Below, one piece after another: positions 1 to 10,232 of a DNA stretch of 64,000 bases. Both the position numbers and the translations under genes were made by a program. Under the pieces are notes generated by a model that worked only from the letters and a program-made list of their open reading frames with translations, was not told the origin of the DNA and made no database searches. Origin of the DNA: Hyaloraphidium curvatum SAG 235-1 (Eukaryota; Fungi; Monoblepharomycota); the NCBI GenBank assembly GCA_025558095.1, contig JAIVFI010000038.1, positions 310,001 to 374,000 of the forward strand, written 5' to 3'. Position 1 is the first letter of the stretch. Each line of letters starts with the position of its first letter.

Positions 1-132
1 CAAATGGCACATGATGCTCTTACAGCTTACTCCGGGTCTGGACGGGGCACTCTGGGAGTGGAACGCAGGATGGAGTAGGCCAAATGAAGGACGAGATCTC
101 GCTGACGACTTTTTCTATGAATCGTGAACCGT

Positions 133-140
133 TATATATA
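133..140 (+). promoter_or_regulatory. Possible TATA element upstream of F-box-like gene
   Basis: TATATATA in otherwise very GC-rich DNA, ~160 bp upstream of the ATG at 299. Confidence 0.25.
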
Positions 141-298
141 TGGCGGCCACCTATTGCCGTTGCAGAGCTAGCAGGGAGTGGATGCGGCGCCGTGCTCGAA
201 ATGCTTCCCTTCATCAGCGGTCGAGAGCGTCGGGCAGGGTGCCGTGGCTGGGCCGTTTGAGACGATCGAGGTCTCAACACCCACCACCTCTTCGAAGG

Positions 299-1966
299 AT
301 GGCCGACGGCGCCGCTCAGCAGGCACCCGTTGCCGATGTCGCGATCGCGGGCGGCGCGGCGGACGGCGAGGCGGCCCTTGTGCCCGACCCCGCCGCGCCT
401 TTGCTGCTCCCCAACGAGCTGCTCGAGCGGATCATGGGCCTCCTGGCCTCGGAGGGCAGCTTCCGAGCTCTGCTAAATCTCGCGCTCGCCGAGCGCCGCA
501 TGTGGCTGCTCGCCCAGCCGGTGCTCTACGAGACGCTGGACTTCCCCGCTCTCGCCCGCCGCGGGCCGGCCGGCGCCCGCTTCCTCGAGTCGCTCGCGCT
601 CGCGTACGACGCCGAGGTGCGCCTGCAGCACGTGCGCCGCATCGTGCACGCGCCGGTGCCCGGCCTGCCCGACGTGGTCGGGTGGGCCGTCGTGCTCGGC
701 TGCCTGCGGCGCGGCTTCCGGCCGGGCATCCGCAGCCTCGAAGTCGAGGTCACGAACACGGGCGCGGCGCGGCAGCTTCATTCCGTCCTCTCCGATAGCC
801 CGAGAACCTGCCTCGAGCGGCTGGAGATAGCGACCGCGAGCGACATGCAGACCTGGGAACTGCGGCACCTCGCGCTGGGGATCCCGATCCCACCGTCCGT
901 GCGCCACGTGCGGTACATTACCTACGGGCTCATCAACGAGGAAATGATCCGTGCGATCGGCGAAGCCGCGGGGCTGGAGACGTGGGAGCTGGAGTTCAGG
1001 CCGCCGCGCTACCTCGACTACTACGGGGCCCTCCCTTCTTCCCTGGCGGACAAGCTCGCTGCTCTCGCGGGCCCAATGCACCTTGCTAGGCGCATCGCGG
1101 CGGTATCTCAGCCCCGGCTGCGCAGCCTGCGGATCGACGGCTTCGACAGGGCCGCGGACGGGGACGCCGGCATCGGCTTCCTGCTCGCGCTCCCAGCGCC
1201 GGGATCGCTGGCCTTCTGCCGATCCTCCCCATCGGACCTCGTCAAGGTCGCCGACCTCCTCCGCGAGGGTGACCTCGCCTCCTTCCCGCCGCAAGGCATC
1301 GAGATCGCCGAGCCGCGGCGGCCCCGCCTCGAGGAGGACGGGCTCAACGCCGTCGCCCTGGCTTTCGCCGGCGTCGACGTGCCCGTGACCGTCACCGGGT
1401 ACACCGCCTCCTTCCCGGACGGACAGGCGCCCTGGGCGCTCGCTGCATGGCGGGACGTGCCCTGCTTCGCCTTCGACCCGCCGCTCCCCCCCGCTGAGCC
1501 CTACGCCGGCGCGGAAGCCGAACTCCGCGCCGCGCTGGACGCCCCCGGCAACGCGCCCGCAAAGGATAGCGTCGTCTACCACGCATGCTGCGTCCCAAAT
1601 GGCGCGGAGCTGGCCCGGCGCGCCGAGGAACACGCGCTGCAGGCCGGCCGGTTCGTGCGGGACCTCGAGGCCGAGATCGCCGGCGTCGGCGGGGGTGCGG
1701 TGGTCCGGGAGGTGCTCGATCGGCGCTGGGGGGACCTGCTCCGCCGCGCGGGGGAGGACGCGGCCTCGTTCCGCCGGATCTGCGGCGGCCTGGCGCGGTG
1801 GCAGCCGGGCTCCGTGACGGCTCCTGAGAGGCACGCCGCGCGCGACCGCGTGGCCGCGTTGCTGCGGGAGATCGCGCTCGTCCGGCTCAAGCTGGTGGCG
1901 CTGGCGGGCCAGTACGAGCAGCGCGGGTTCGGATGGCGGGAGGTGCCGGACGTGGCGTCGCTCTGA
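299..1966 (+). CDS. F-box-like / LRR-like orphan protein
   Basis: Intronless ORF from ATG 299 (MADGAAQQ). F-box-like segment LLLPNELLERIMGLL...RALLNLALAERRMWLLAQPVLYETLDF, followed by LRR-like LxxLxI repeats (IRSLEV, LERLEI, LRSLRI). Confidence 0.7.
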   Translation: MADGAAQQAPVADVAIAGGAADGEAALVPDPAAPLLLPNELLERIMGLLASEGSFRALLNLALAERRMWLLAQPVLYETLDFPALARRGPAGARFLESLALAYDAEVRLQHVRRIVHAPVPGLPDVVGWAVVLGCLRRGFRPGIRSLEVEVTNTGAARQLHSVLSDSPRTCLERLEIATASDMQTWELRHLALGIPIPPSVRHVRYITYGLINEEMIRAIGEAAGLETWELEFRPPRYLDYYGALPSSLADKLAALAGPMHLARRIAAVSQPRLRSLRIDGFDRAADGDAGIGFLLALPAPGSLAFCRSSPSDLVKVADLLREGDLASFPPQGIEIAEPRRPRLEEDGLNAVALAFAGVDVPVTVTGYTASFPDGQAPWALAAWRDVPCFAFDPPLPPAEPYAGAEAELRAALDAPGNAPAKDSVVYHACCVPNGAELARRAEEHALQAGRFVRDLEAEIAGVGGGAVVREVLDRRWGDLLRRAGEDAASFRRICGGLARWQPGSVTAPERHAARDRVAALLREIALVRLKLVALAGQYEQRGFGWREVPDVASL

Positions 1967-2054
1967 TGTGCAGACGAGTGGATGCGTCTGTATTGTCAAT
2001 CGTGCTTGGTGTGGATCTGTACGGAATGGAAGCAACCGTGTTCTTGACGCCGAA

Positions 2055-3014
2055 TCAGAGGAGCGTGCAGAAGCCTTTCCTGCGGTTCGTCGCCATCGAG
2101 CTTGCCTGCGGTCCGCGGCCTTGCTCCTCGAGAGCGCCCTGCTCAGGTTCGGGCGCCGGTCCGACCTCGATCTCGCCGTCGCTGAGCTGCGCAGGCGACG
2201 TTGTCTCCGCCCCGCTGAGGTTTCTGGGCCACTCGTATGCCGGTCCGGCGAGCGCAGCTCCTGCTGTCGATCCTTCCACGGGCAGCTCCTCCACTCCGGG
2301 GATCACCGCCGCGCTGCGCGCGTACGAGGCCCAGTACTTCGTCTGCTTTTCCAAGGTCCACCCGCCACGCGCGCTGCAGTCCAGGGGCCCGCGGATCTCG
2401 GCACTCCAGACCCCTGCCCTGGCCATGGGCGGCGGGTCCAGCATCGACTCCCTGTATGGCACCAGGCCGGCACCGGAACCCAATTGCGCGGGGTTCGCGG
2501 GGTAGAAGACGAGCAGGCCGTTGTGCCTCCAGCTCATGGACAACCGGAGGAGGAGCTGGATGTCTTCTCGCTGAGCCGACCGCACGACGACCTCCCTCGC
2601 GGAACCGGCCGACGCCGCGAATCCGAGCCAGTTGGCGACCACCGGGTCCTCCGAGTCCGCGACGTCGATCTCGAGGGTGCGAAGCGACCTGAGCTGGTTC
2701 ATCAGCATCCCCTGCAGCGCGTGCGCCTCCTCCCGCGACATGCCCGCCAGCCGCACCGAGACCTCGCGGACGAACCGCGCGTCGGCCGCCTTCGCGCCGC
2801 GCATCGTGCCCGGCGGGCGGCGGCCCTCGAAGCGCGCGGCGGCGGACGCGGCGGCGCCCGCGCCCACTTCGACGCGGCGGAGGAGCAGCGAGAGCCCGGC
2901 GGCGTAGTGCGCGCGGTCCGCGAGGAGGAGTTGCAGCAGCGTGCGTGCCCACCCCCGCGCGGCGAGGAGACGCATGATCAAGAGCGCAATTTCGGGAGGG
3001 AGCGGCGAGGCCAT
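2055..3014 (-). CDS. F-box-like orphan protein
   Basis: ATG at 3014 begins MASPLPPEIALLIMRLLAARGWARTLLQLLLADRAHYAAGLSLLLRRVEV, the same N-terminal pattern as the neighbouring gene. LRR-like LRSLRTLEIDV. Confidence 0.6.
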   Translation of the reverse strand: MASPLPPEIALLIMRLLAARGWARTLLQLLLADRAHYAAGLSLLLRRVEVGAGAAASAAARFEGRRPPGTMRGAKAADARFVREVSVRLAGMSREEAHALQGMLMNQLRSLRTLEIDVADSEDPVVANWLGFAASAGSAREVVVRSAQREDIQLLLRLSMSWRHNGLLVFYPANPAQLGSGAGLVPYRESMLDPPPMARAGVWSAEIRGPLDCSARGGWTLEKQTKYWASYARSAAVIPGVEELPVEGSTAGAALAGPAYEWPRNLSGAETTSPAQLSDGEIEVGPAPEPEQGALEEQGRGPQASSMATNRRKGFCTLL

Positions 3015-3304
3015 GGCGGAAGAGCGTTTGCAGTTGTATAGTTGTTCGGGTTCGCACGGCAGGGACGCCTGTCCCAGCGCTCTCTCGAGGAACGAGGAAC
3101 GACACGAGAGAAGCTGAACGCGTCGCATATCCATCAGGCCGACGATCATCTCGGATAACTCTTCACGAGGACGTTGAAGGTGCAACGATTAACGCCTCGC
3201 CAACACAACGACGACGCGCAAGAATACGTCGCGAGTCGCGCGGGTCATGTTCCCTCCGGCTCTATCGAACGTCTGTGCAAAGCGGCGCAACTCCTCAACC
3301 TTCA

Positions 3305-4464
3305 CTATCCCTTGGTTTTCCCCCGGCAGACTGCCTTGTGGTCTGGCCACGCCGCGCGCTGGCACTCCTTGCTGCAGTACCGCGCCGTCCGGCAGCCAGC
3401 GCACCTCTTGAGCTCGGCGGACCTCGTCGGCCGGTCGCACTTGTCGCAGCGGTCCCGTTCGTCGGGAACAAGGATGGTCTGCATGGGCCCCGGGGTCTCG
3501 GAGCGGGTTGATCGACCGAGCCGGGCGCCGTCTGAGTCTGTTCGTCTTCCGTGAGCAAGAGTATCCAAGTCGCCGAGTTCAACAAACTCGTCGAAAACTG
3601 GTATATGGATTCGGGCTGGGTGCGCTTGGCCTCAGGAATGGTGAGGTACAAGGCGTTGATCATGAAACCCGAGACGGCCCGAACGGCCCTGCGCGGACGC
3701 CAGCTTTCCGGCGGCCTTCGGTTGTATCCCCTGCTTCCGACGTAATGAGGACAACGGTGTTTACGGCGCCAAACACAAAAGAAAGGCAAGCATTGAGGTC
3801 GCTCGCGGTGCGCTGCCATTCATCATCCATGTTCGCGAGAAGCCACCCGTTCAACAGCGGATGATGCGATAGTGCTTCGACGAACTGGAAGTCATCCCGC
3901 AATTTCAGCAAAGAACTTCCAAGAGCCCCGTGGATTCGAAGGAACAACGCGATACGTCGCTTGCACAGAGAAGCAGTCCGCTTTGACGCGAGGTCTCGCG
4001 CTTCCGGAAAAGCTCCACTTCCGGTGCAGGGACTCGCTCGTCCACACGGCCCGCACAATCGAAAAGTGGTCCCTAAACACGTCCCGCATCACGTCACCGA
4101 AGAGCGCACGTGGTGCGTTTGCCCACTGCCCGGAAAGTGAACCGTCGGGGAGGTATCGCGCGAGAGTTTCGAGGTACTCTGGTTCAATCTCTTCTGCAGA
4201 CTCGTCGACAGCGTGGCGAACAGCGTGGCGAAGAGCGCAGCACGGTTCCACGGCTTCCCACAGCACGTTCGGCAACGATGTAAACCATGCGGTGACGCGC
4301 TCCTTGGTCCCGGCGTCCGTCGGACCGGATTCGAGAGCCGCGACGAGTTCGGAGAAGCCACCGCGTAACGCGGCCATCTTGGAGGCCACGTCCGCCAGGA
4401 ACAGGTCGCGGTCGAACGAAGGCCACGGGTTCGGCGCGCCGGTATCTTCCGATGAGGTTTCCAT
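3305..4464 (-). CDS. MYND-type zinc finger protein (multi-exon)
   Basis: C-terminal CDKC...CAGCRTARYCSKECQRAAWPDHKAVC is a canonical zf-MYND. The upstream helical region (METSSEDTG..., ATG 4464) is spread over three frames that join through short GT..AG introns with weak donors. Confidence 0.65.
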
Positions 4465-4634
4465 GATTGTCGGTGGGGAGGCCAACGCCACGTCGTCGAT
4501 GGTCGAAGTGATGGCGTGCGGCCCGGCTCCGCGACGGCGAGTACAGAAGACGCCTGGCTCCCACACGATGAGGCCGACAAGGGTACAATTCTCTACAATC
4601 AGCTCCCCAATACATCTGCTGTCCCAACTTTGCA

Positions 4635-5555
4635 TCAGAGCAGAGGCGCCCTGGAGTGGATGGACGCGGCGTCGTCGGCCCCGCCTTCCTCGCCGTCCTG
4701 CGAACTTCGCTTCTCCCCCGAAGACTCGCCCGCCTTCTTCGCGGCCTGCTCCTTCTTGTACGCCGCCATCGACGCCTCCACAACGGCGATCATCTTCGCC
4801 TCCTTCTGGTCCTGCAGCGGCATGGACCTGTCCGCGCCGAAGTCGTAGGCCGAATCAAAGATCTCGTGGCCCTCCTTCGGCCCGTCGCCTTTCGCGCCGG
4901 TAAAGTTGCTCCTGATGTACCGCCTGGCGGCGAGGCCCGCCTGGCTCCGCACCACGCCCCAGGCTCGCTGCGCCTTGGCCTTGCTCGAGTTGTCAAGCGC
5001 CTGCATGCCCACGCGCTCCCTCTTCTGCCGCGTCTCCTCCAGCAGCAGCGCCGGCGGCAGGTCCGCCACGCCGTCGGGCTTTATCGAGCGGGTGATCCGC
5101 GACCGCACCGACTCGGCGGCCTTGGAGAACACCGACGCCGAGTCCTTCTTCTCCTGCTCCGCCTCGGCCGCCCGGAGCTCCCGCTCGCTGGTCTTGAACA
5201 CCGCGTGCTCCATGTCGGGCCACTGCTCGGCGATGATGACCTTGGCCTCGGGGTGGTCCGCCACGAACTGCTCCTTGGACGGCGCCGCGACGCCGACCTC
5301 CTCGGCCTTCTTGACCACCATCTCCTCGAGCCGGCCGCCGCCGGGGATGTCGGCGTTGTACGACCCGCGCCCAGCCTTAACGGCGTGCGCGGCGTTGACC
5401 GCCACCGTCTCGTGGAACTGCGCGAGGAAGTCGTCGAGCGAGTCCTCCCGCTTCGCCCGCGGCAGCATGATGAGCGGGCCGCCCGACTGCGACTGCTTCC
5501 GCTGCCATATAGGCTTCTCCTTGGTGCCGACGTTGATGTACTCCTTGGCCGACAT
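4635..5555 (-). CDS. Hypothetical charged protein
   Basis: Intronless ORF from ATG 5555 (MSAKEYINVGTKEKPIW...) with strong GC3 codon bias and natural composition. No motif recognised. Confidence 0.65.
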   Translation of the reverse strand: MSAKEYINVGTKEKPIWQRKQSQSGGPLIMLPRAKREDSLDDFLAQFHETVAVNAAHAVKAGRGSYNADIPGGGRLEEMVVKKAEEVGVAAPSKEQFVADHPEAKVIIAEQWPDMEHAVFKTSERELRAAEAEQEKKDSASVFSKAAESVRSRITRSIKPDGVADLPPALLLEETRQKRERVGMQALDNSSKAKAQRAWGVVRSQAGLAARRYIRSNFTGAKGDGPKEGHEIFDSAYDFGADRSMPLQDQKEAKMIAVVEASMAAYKKEQAAKKAGESSGEKRSSQDGEEGGADDAASIHSRAPLL

Positions 5556-5897
5556 CGTGCGGGGAGGGGGAGGGAAGGTCCGAGCGCCGGCGGTCTGTGG
5601 CCTGTGGCGCGATCGGAGTGGGTGGCGAAGGGGGATTACCCGGTGCTCTCCGAGCCTGGGAGACAACGATCCGGGCCGCCGGCACGACCATAATTCGCTG
5701 CGATCCAGCTTGTAGGTGATGTTCCATTCGCTTTCTAGTGAGAACGGACGAGAGATTCGTGACCTCGTGATTGATGGTGTTGATGGTGTCCGGTGATCGC
5801 CGAAGCCTTCCGAGGCCCGAGGCGCACTTCAGAGAGGCTAGATCGTGTTCTTCTTCCCCGAGACTATGCGCTGTTCAGTACAACCATCCCGCCCGTC

Positions 5898-6662
5898 CTA
5901 GCCCCTCCCAAGCAGCGGCATCCCGGCGAGCATGTCGCGGAATGCGATGGCGTCCCACGGCATGTGCTCGGCAATCGTTAGGCCGACGACCTGCGTTGCA
6001 CTCGCGACGTCTGAAAGCAGCCTGGCGACCTGAGCCGGCTGCATCCTGCCCCGCGGAACGCCGTCGAGGTATGTCGCGTCTGCGCGACTAAAGATGAGCG
6101 GCCTGAACGAGGCCGGGTCCATCACGTCGAGATCGAGGTGGACGGCGAGGTGCCCGATCTTGTTTTCGGCGATCCAGTCGAGCACGGGCCGCGAGGAAGC
6201 GGCCAAGTCGGCGGATCCGGCGCGGTGCAGGCCCAGCCGCGCGATGATCTCGCCCTCGGCCGGCGACCACGCATCCAGGCCGGCGTACATGACCTTTGCG
6301 ACCGCGACCGGCTTATCCACGAGGCCGACAAACTCGGCGTCGCCTTCCCCGAGCAGTGCCCGGAGCGGGTAGGTATGGGCATGCTTCCAGTGCTGCGGAT
6401 CCAGGATGTCCGGGTGCGCATCGACCCACAGCACGCCGAAATCGTCACCGTACTTGCTGCTCAGGTAGGCGAAAGGCGCGATGGAGACGCCGCAGTCCCC
6501 GCCGAGGGTCGCGATCGCGTCGGGCGCGTGCCTCTCGACGGCGGCACGCGCTTCCCTCGCCTGCCGCACGACGGCCGACCGCGCGACCACGCCGTCTTCC
6601 AGCGGCAGCGGGGCTCCGTCCGGCTCGGGCACGGCGACGGTCTCGGTGGGCGAAGCGGCCAC
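5898..6662 (-). CDS. Arginase/ureohydrolase-family protein, bacterial-like, apparently 5'-truncated
   Basis: Motifs TLGGDC, WVDAHPD and HLDLDVMDP. No introns. No in-frame ATG before an upstream stop at ~6692. Confidence 0.8.
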   Translation of the reverse strand: MAASPTETVAVPEPDGAPLPLEDGVVARSAVVRQAREARAAVERHAPDAIATLGGDCGVSIAPFAYLSSKYGDDFGVLWVDAHPDILDPQHWKHAHTYPLRALLGEGDAEFVGLVDKPVAVAKVMYAGLDAWSPAEGEIIARLGLHRAGSADLAASSRPVLDWIAENKIGHLAVHLDLDVMDPASFRPLIFSRADATYLDGVPRGRMQPAQVARLLSDVASATQVVGLTIAEHMPWDAIAFRDMLAGMPLLGRG

Positions 6663-7010
6663 CGAGCTTCCGATTACCCGCGTCGAACATCAACATCTAT
6701 CTGCTGCGAGTGACGCGATCAAGCTCTGCATCATTGAACGCCTTCGACTGCTCTTGAAAGTAGGTCCTGATTGCTGGAACCGAAAGAGAAGGTTCGACCA
6801 TTCCGCCCGCTCGCCTGGGAGGATCTTGGACTCGAACTGCCGGAGGCCGAAGACCTTCTACAGACCCAAAGATTCCGATTCTCGCGTGAAACATGCTAGT
6901 ACTTGCTCCCGACACATTCGATCGCCCCTGTTGGCCACCTGTTGACCCTTCTGTCCCTCGCGATTCTTCGACGCCTCTTCCGTATCGACTTGTCGTGTCC
7001 CGTCTCCAAC

Positions 7011-7244
7011 TCACGACTTCTTCCGAAGAAGCCCCCGCAGAGCCATGTCCGCAGCCAAGTGATGCACCGGCCTTCCGAAAACCCAGGAGTACCCGTCGGC
7101 GTGCACGAACAGCGGGGCCGCGGGATCGGGAAGGCACTCCATGATGAACACCCAGACCTCGTCGTCTACCATCGTGAAGCGACCGTTGGCGAGAGGGATC
7201 ACCGCGGAGCCGTTTTCGTCGCGCTGGATGTGCGGGGGCGCCAT
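7011..7244 (-). CDS. Small ORF resembling the N-terminus of HNH/AP2-type endonucleases (possibly a relic)
   Basis: IPLANGRFTMVDDEVW...DGYS...PVHHLA resembles the IPLxxGxxAxVDDED...GY...LHRL pattern. A GTGAGT donor overlaps the stop, so the gene may be spliced. Confidence 0.3.
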   Translation of the reverse strand: MAPPHIQRDENGSAVIPLANGRFTMVDDEVWVFIMECLPDPAAPLFVHADGYSWVFGRPVHHLAADMALRGLLRKKS

Positions 7245-7662
7245 GGGAATGAGGAGGGGTCGTGGAAGACGTAGGACATGTGCCTGGCGGTGCGCGACAT
7301 CGCGACGAGAACTCGATAGAGCAGCTGCGGTCCTCTAGACGGAGAGCAGGTCCAGCGAAGGGGGTTGCTCGTCAGCAGACGCGCTCCGATGCGTGATTCA
7401 TCACGCGCAACAGATCCTGCTGCATTGCCGGACCCGATTCGACGAAGGATTGTTGACAGCATAACTGAGGCGACGAAGATGATTTCCCAGGAGCTTCGTG
7501 TTGATGTTGACTTCGCGCGGAATCTCGAAGACGCGCCTGCGCGCCGGCGCACAACGAGGACCACAAACAACGCCGCGCCTTAGGGCAGCCGCCAGGCCGC
7601 GGAGCTCGTCCTCGCTGTCGGCGGATCTCATTTTTGTCCAATTGGACAGTCACGACCGGACC

Positions 7663-8731
7663 ATGACGCGGACGTTCATCCTGGTCCATGGAGTGAGTCT
7701 GTTCCGTCCGGCGTCAGTTCGTTCCCCTCACAGCGCTCGCTGGGCTCCGTACCGTACCTGCGCGCTCGTCTCGAAAGGCCTGGCACGGGGGTTGGTGCTG
7801 GTCCCGTCTCGTCGGCTTTCTCGCGCTCCACGGGCGCGTCATCGCGCCGGACTTGCCTGGCTCCGGAGCTTCCTCGAAACCCGCGGGCGAGGTCACCCTG
7901 GCGGACTGCACCAAGGCCATCGTGGACATCATTGATACGGTGTCGGAGCGGGATAGGATTGTGCTCGTGGGACACTCCGCGGGTGGAGCAGGTGGGCTCT
8001 TCCGTTCCTCCCGCTCCGCCATATGGGTTCACAGATTGGGTGCCTCCAGTGATCACCGCTGCCGCCGAGCAGCGGCCGGAGCGCATCGAGCGGCTTGTCT
8101 ATGTCACCGCCTACGCTCTTCAAAACGGGGAGTCCCTTCTCAAAGCTTCTTCGACGGACAAGGAGTCCCAACTCAGCAAGCAGATGCAGATGTCGAAGGA
8201 CAAGAAGACGATCACTTTGAAATCGGCCGAGGTGCGTATTTGGCACTCGAGAGACCAAACGGAACCAGCTAACCTTTCGTTGCTCGCCGCAGGGTGCCCG
8301 CCCAGTGCTCTACAACGACCTGGAAGACAGGGACTTCCGATATTGCTTTTGGCGACTCACGCCTCAGTCGAGCGCCGTTTTCCGGGAACCGGTGGCGACG
8401 ACGCCCGAGAGATGGGGTCGGATTCCAAAAGTGGGCCGCATTACTCGTTGTCTCCGCCCGACTTTCATTGACGCCAACATGCCAGACCTACATCATCTGC
8501 ACAAAGGACAACGCGATCGGGCCGGCCGCCCAGCGCCAGATGGCCCTCCAGTTCTGTGGCTGCAAGCTGGTCCCGTACTCCGAGGCCGTCTCCCTCGTGA
8601 CGGCGCCGACGCCGGTCAATCTGGCGCTGGAGCTCAACACGGGACATTCCCCGATGGTAAACAAGCCGGATCAACTGGCGCGGTTGATAGTGGTGGGCCT
8701 GGAGGGGGGCAAGATGATGGCGTCATTGTAA
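7663..8731 (+). CDS. Alpha/beta hydrolase (methylesterase / Abhydrolase_6-like), multi-exon
   Basis: MTRTFILVHG|AWHGGWCW, PDLPGSG, nucleophile elbow GHSAGG, YIICTKDNAI and catalytic His in TGHSPM. Introns begin GTGAGT, GTGGGC and GTGCGT. Confidence 0.9.
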
Positions 8732-8799
8732 TTCCGAGTTCTACGAGACCTCCATGTAGTCGGCATCCTCTTCCTCCGAACTGTCCACAGTCTGATCGT

Positions 8800-10163
8800 T
8801 CATGTCGCAGCTTCCACGTCCAGAATCCAATCTGCGTCCTCATACCAGTGGCAGCAAACCCTGTCCAGCGAGGCGTCGAGTCGCCGCCAGAACTTGACTT
8901 CGTCCTGCAAGTCACGGGTAACAACAACCCCCGGATCGTAGAGCGTAGAGAAGCCAAGATCGAAATGGGCCCCGCTGCTGCGCAGCATCGTCTCTACAGC
9001 TCTGCGATCGTGGGATGGCAGTCCGTCGAGATGGAGGAACTGAACTTCCAGGTACTTCAGGCCGGAAGCAATCCGAGGCAGAGGCAATCGGAACTCGATT
9101 CAACGAGTTCGATCTCCTTGACGGAAGGCAAGAGGAGGATCTCCTCCCAGTCCTCCATGAAGCTGGAATCGCTATCCGTGGGCCAATCTCTCACGAATGT
9201 GACGGTCGAGGGAAGGAACGCACTAGGAAAGGCACGCCGCATCGGCCGGATACCCAAATGCGGACCGTACAGCCAAGTGGTGATCTTGGTGACGAGGCTC
9301 CCGGGCATCACCCCGCTGCAGTCCTCCGGAAGATCCCAGATCCCGAGATGTACGCTTTCGAGGTGCGGACATTCCGAGATCGCGGCAAAGAACGGAGTCC
9401 AAAGAACGCCGGTGTACTCGAGATGGCGGAGCTGAGGCAGGTCCAGCTCGACGTCTTCCGTGCGATCGAACGCGATGATCTTCGGTTGTCTGTCCTCGGC
9501 CGCCGGAAACTGGACCTGCATTTTGGTCACATTTGCCAGCGCCTGTCCCGAATGGTCGGTAGGTAATAGACGACAAACGAACTCGGAGTCCCGGGAAGCA
9601 ATCTCGAGTTCCTGAATTGACGTGCAGCGCTCAAGTACTTCACGACATTGCCAAGATGCCAGTGCATCTTCCGGGTCGGTGATCCGAAGCTTCTTCACCG
9701 AGGCAAACTTGCGCGGCACGCTAGGCACGCCCAAGAATTGATCCATGAAAGCGGCAGATCCGTAGAAGAACGAGTGCACGCGATTCGCCGCGTCCACGAC
9801 TTTCGACAGGTCGACTTCACGAAAGAAGTGCGGGGTCAGGAGACAGTAGAAGGCCTTGCATCCTTGCAATAATCGCAGCAGCGTCGGCGAGCCCGGCGGG
9901 AAGAAATCGGCGATGCGCAGAACAATTTCAGGCGACAGGGTCGGCAGTGCGGGCGACGGCGCGGAGGGCGCGACCCCCGACGCGGCGAGCTGGGCACGTA
10001 GGGAGGCATTGGCGATCCGTAGAGCCGCGTTCTCGTCCCGGAGCCGCGCGTTTTCGTTCTCCAGAGCTTGCGTCGAGGTCGAATCGAGTTCGCGGTGGGG
10101 ACCCTTATCCCGGTGCTCATACCAATTCCAACGGTCAAAGGACAAGGATTGAAATGATATCAT
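8800..10163 (-). pseudogene. Coiled-coil + F-box-like + LRR-like gene with a 1-nt frameshift
   Basis: LENENARLRDENAALR coiled coil and LPTLSPEIVLRIADF F-box. The frame breaks at ~9070 (CLGLLPA* versus SGLKYLEV); inserting one C restores CLGLPSGLKYLEV. Start codon uncertain. Confidence 0.6.
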
Positions 10164-10232
10164 ACAGATGCGACGAAGGTGATGATCTACTAGCAATTGT
10201 ATCTGACAAAGTCTATCAGCGCAACACCGGGC

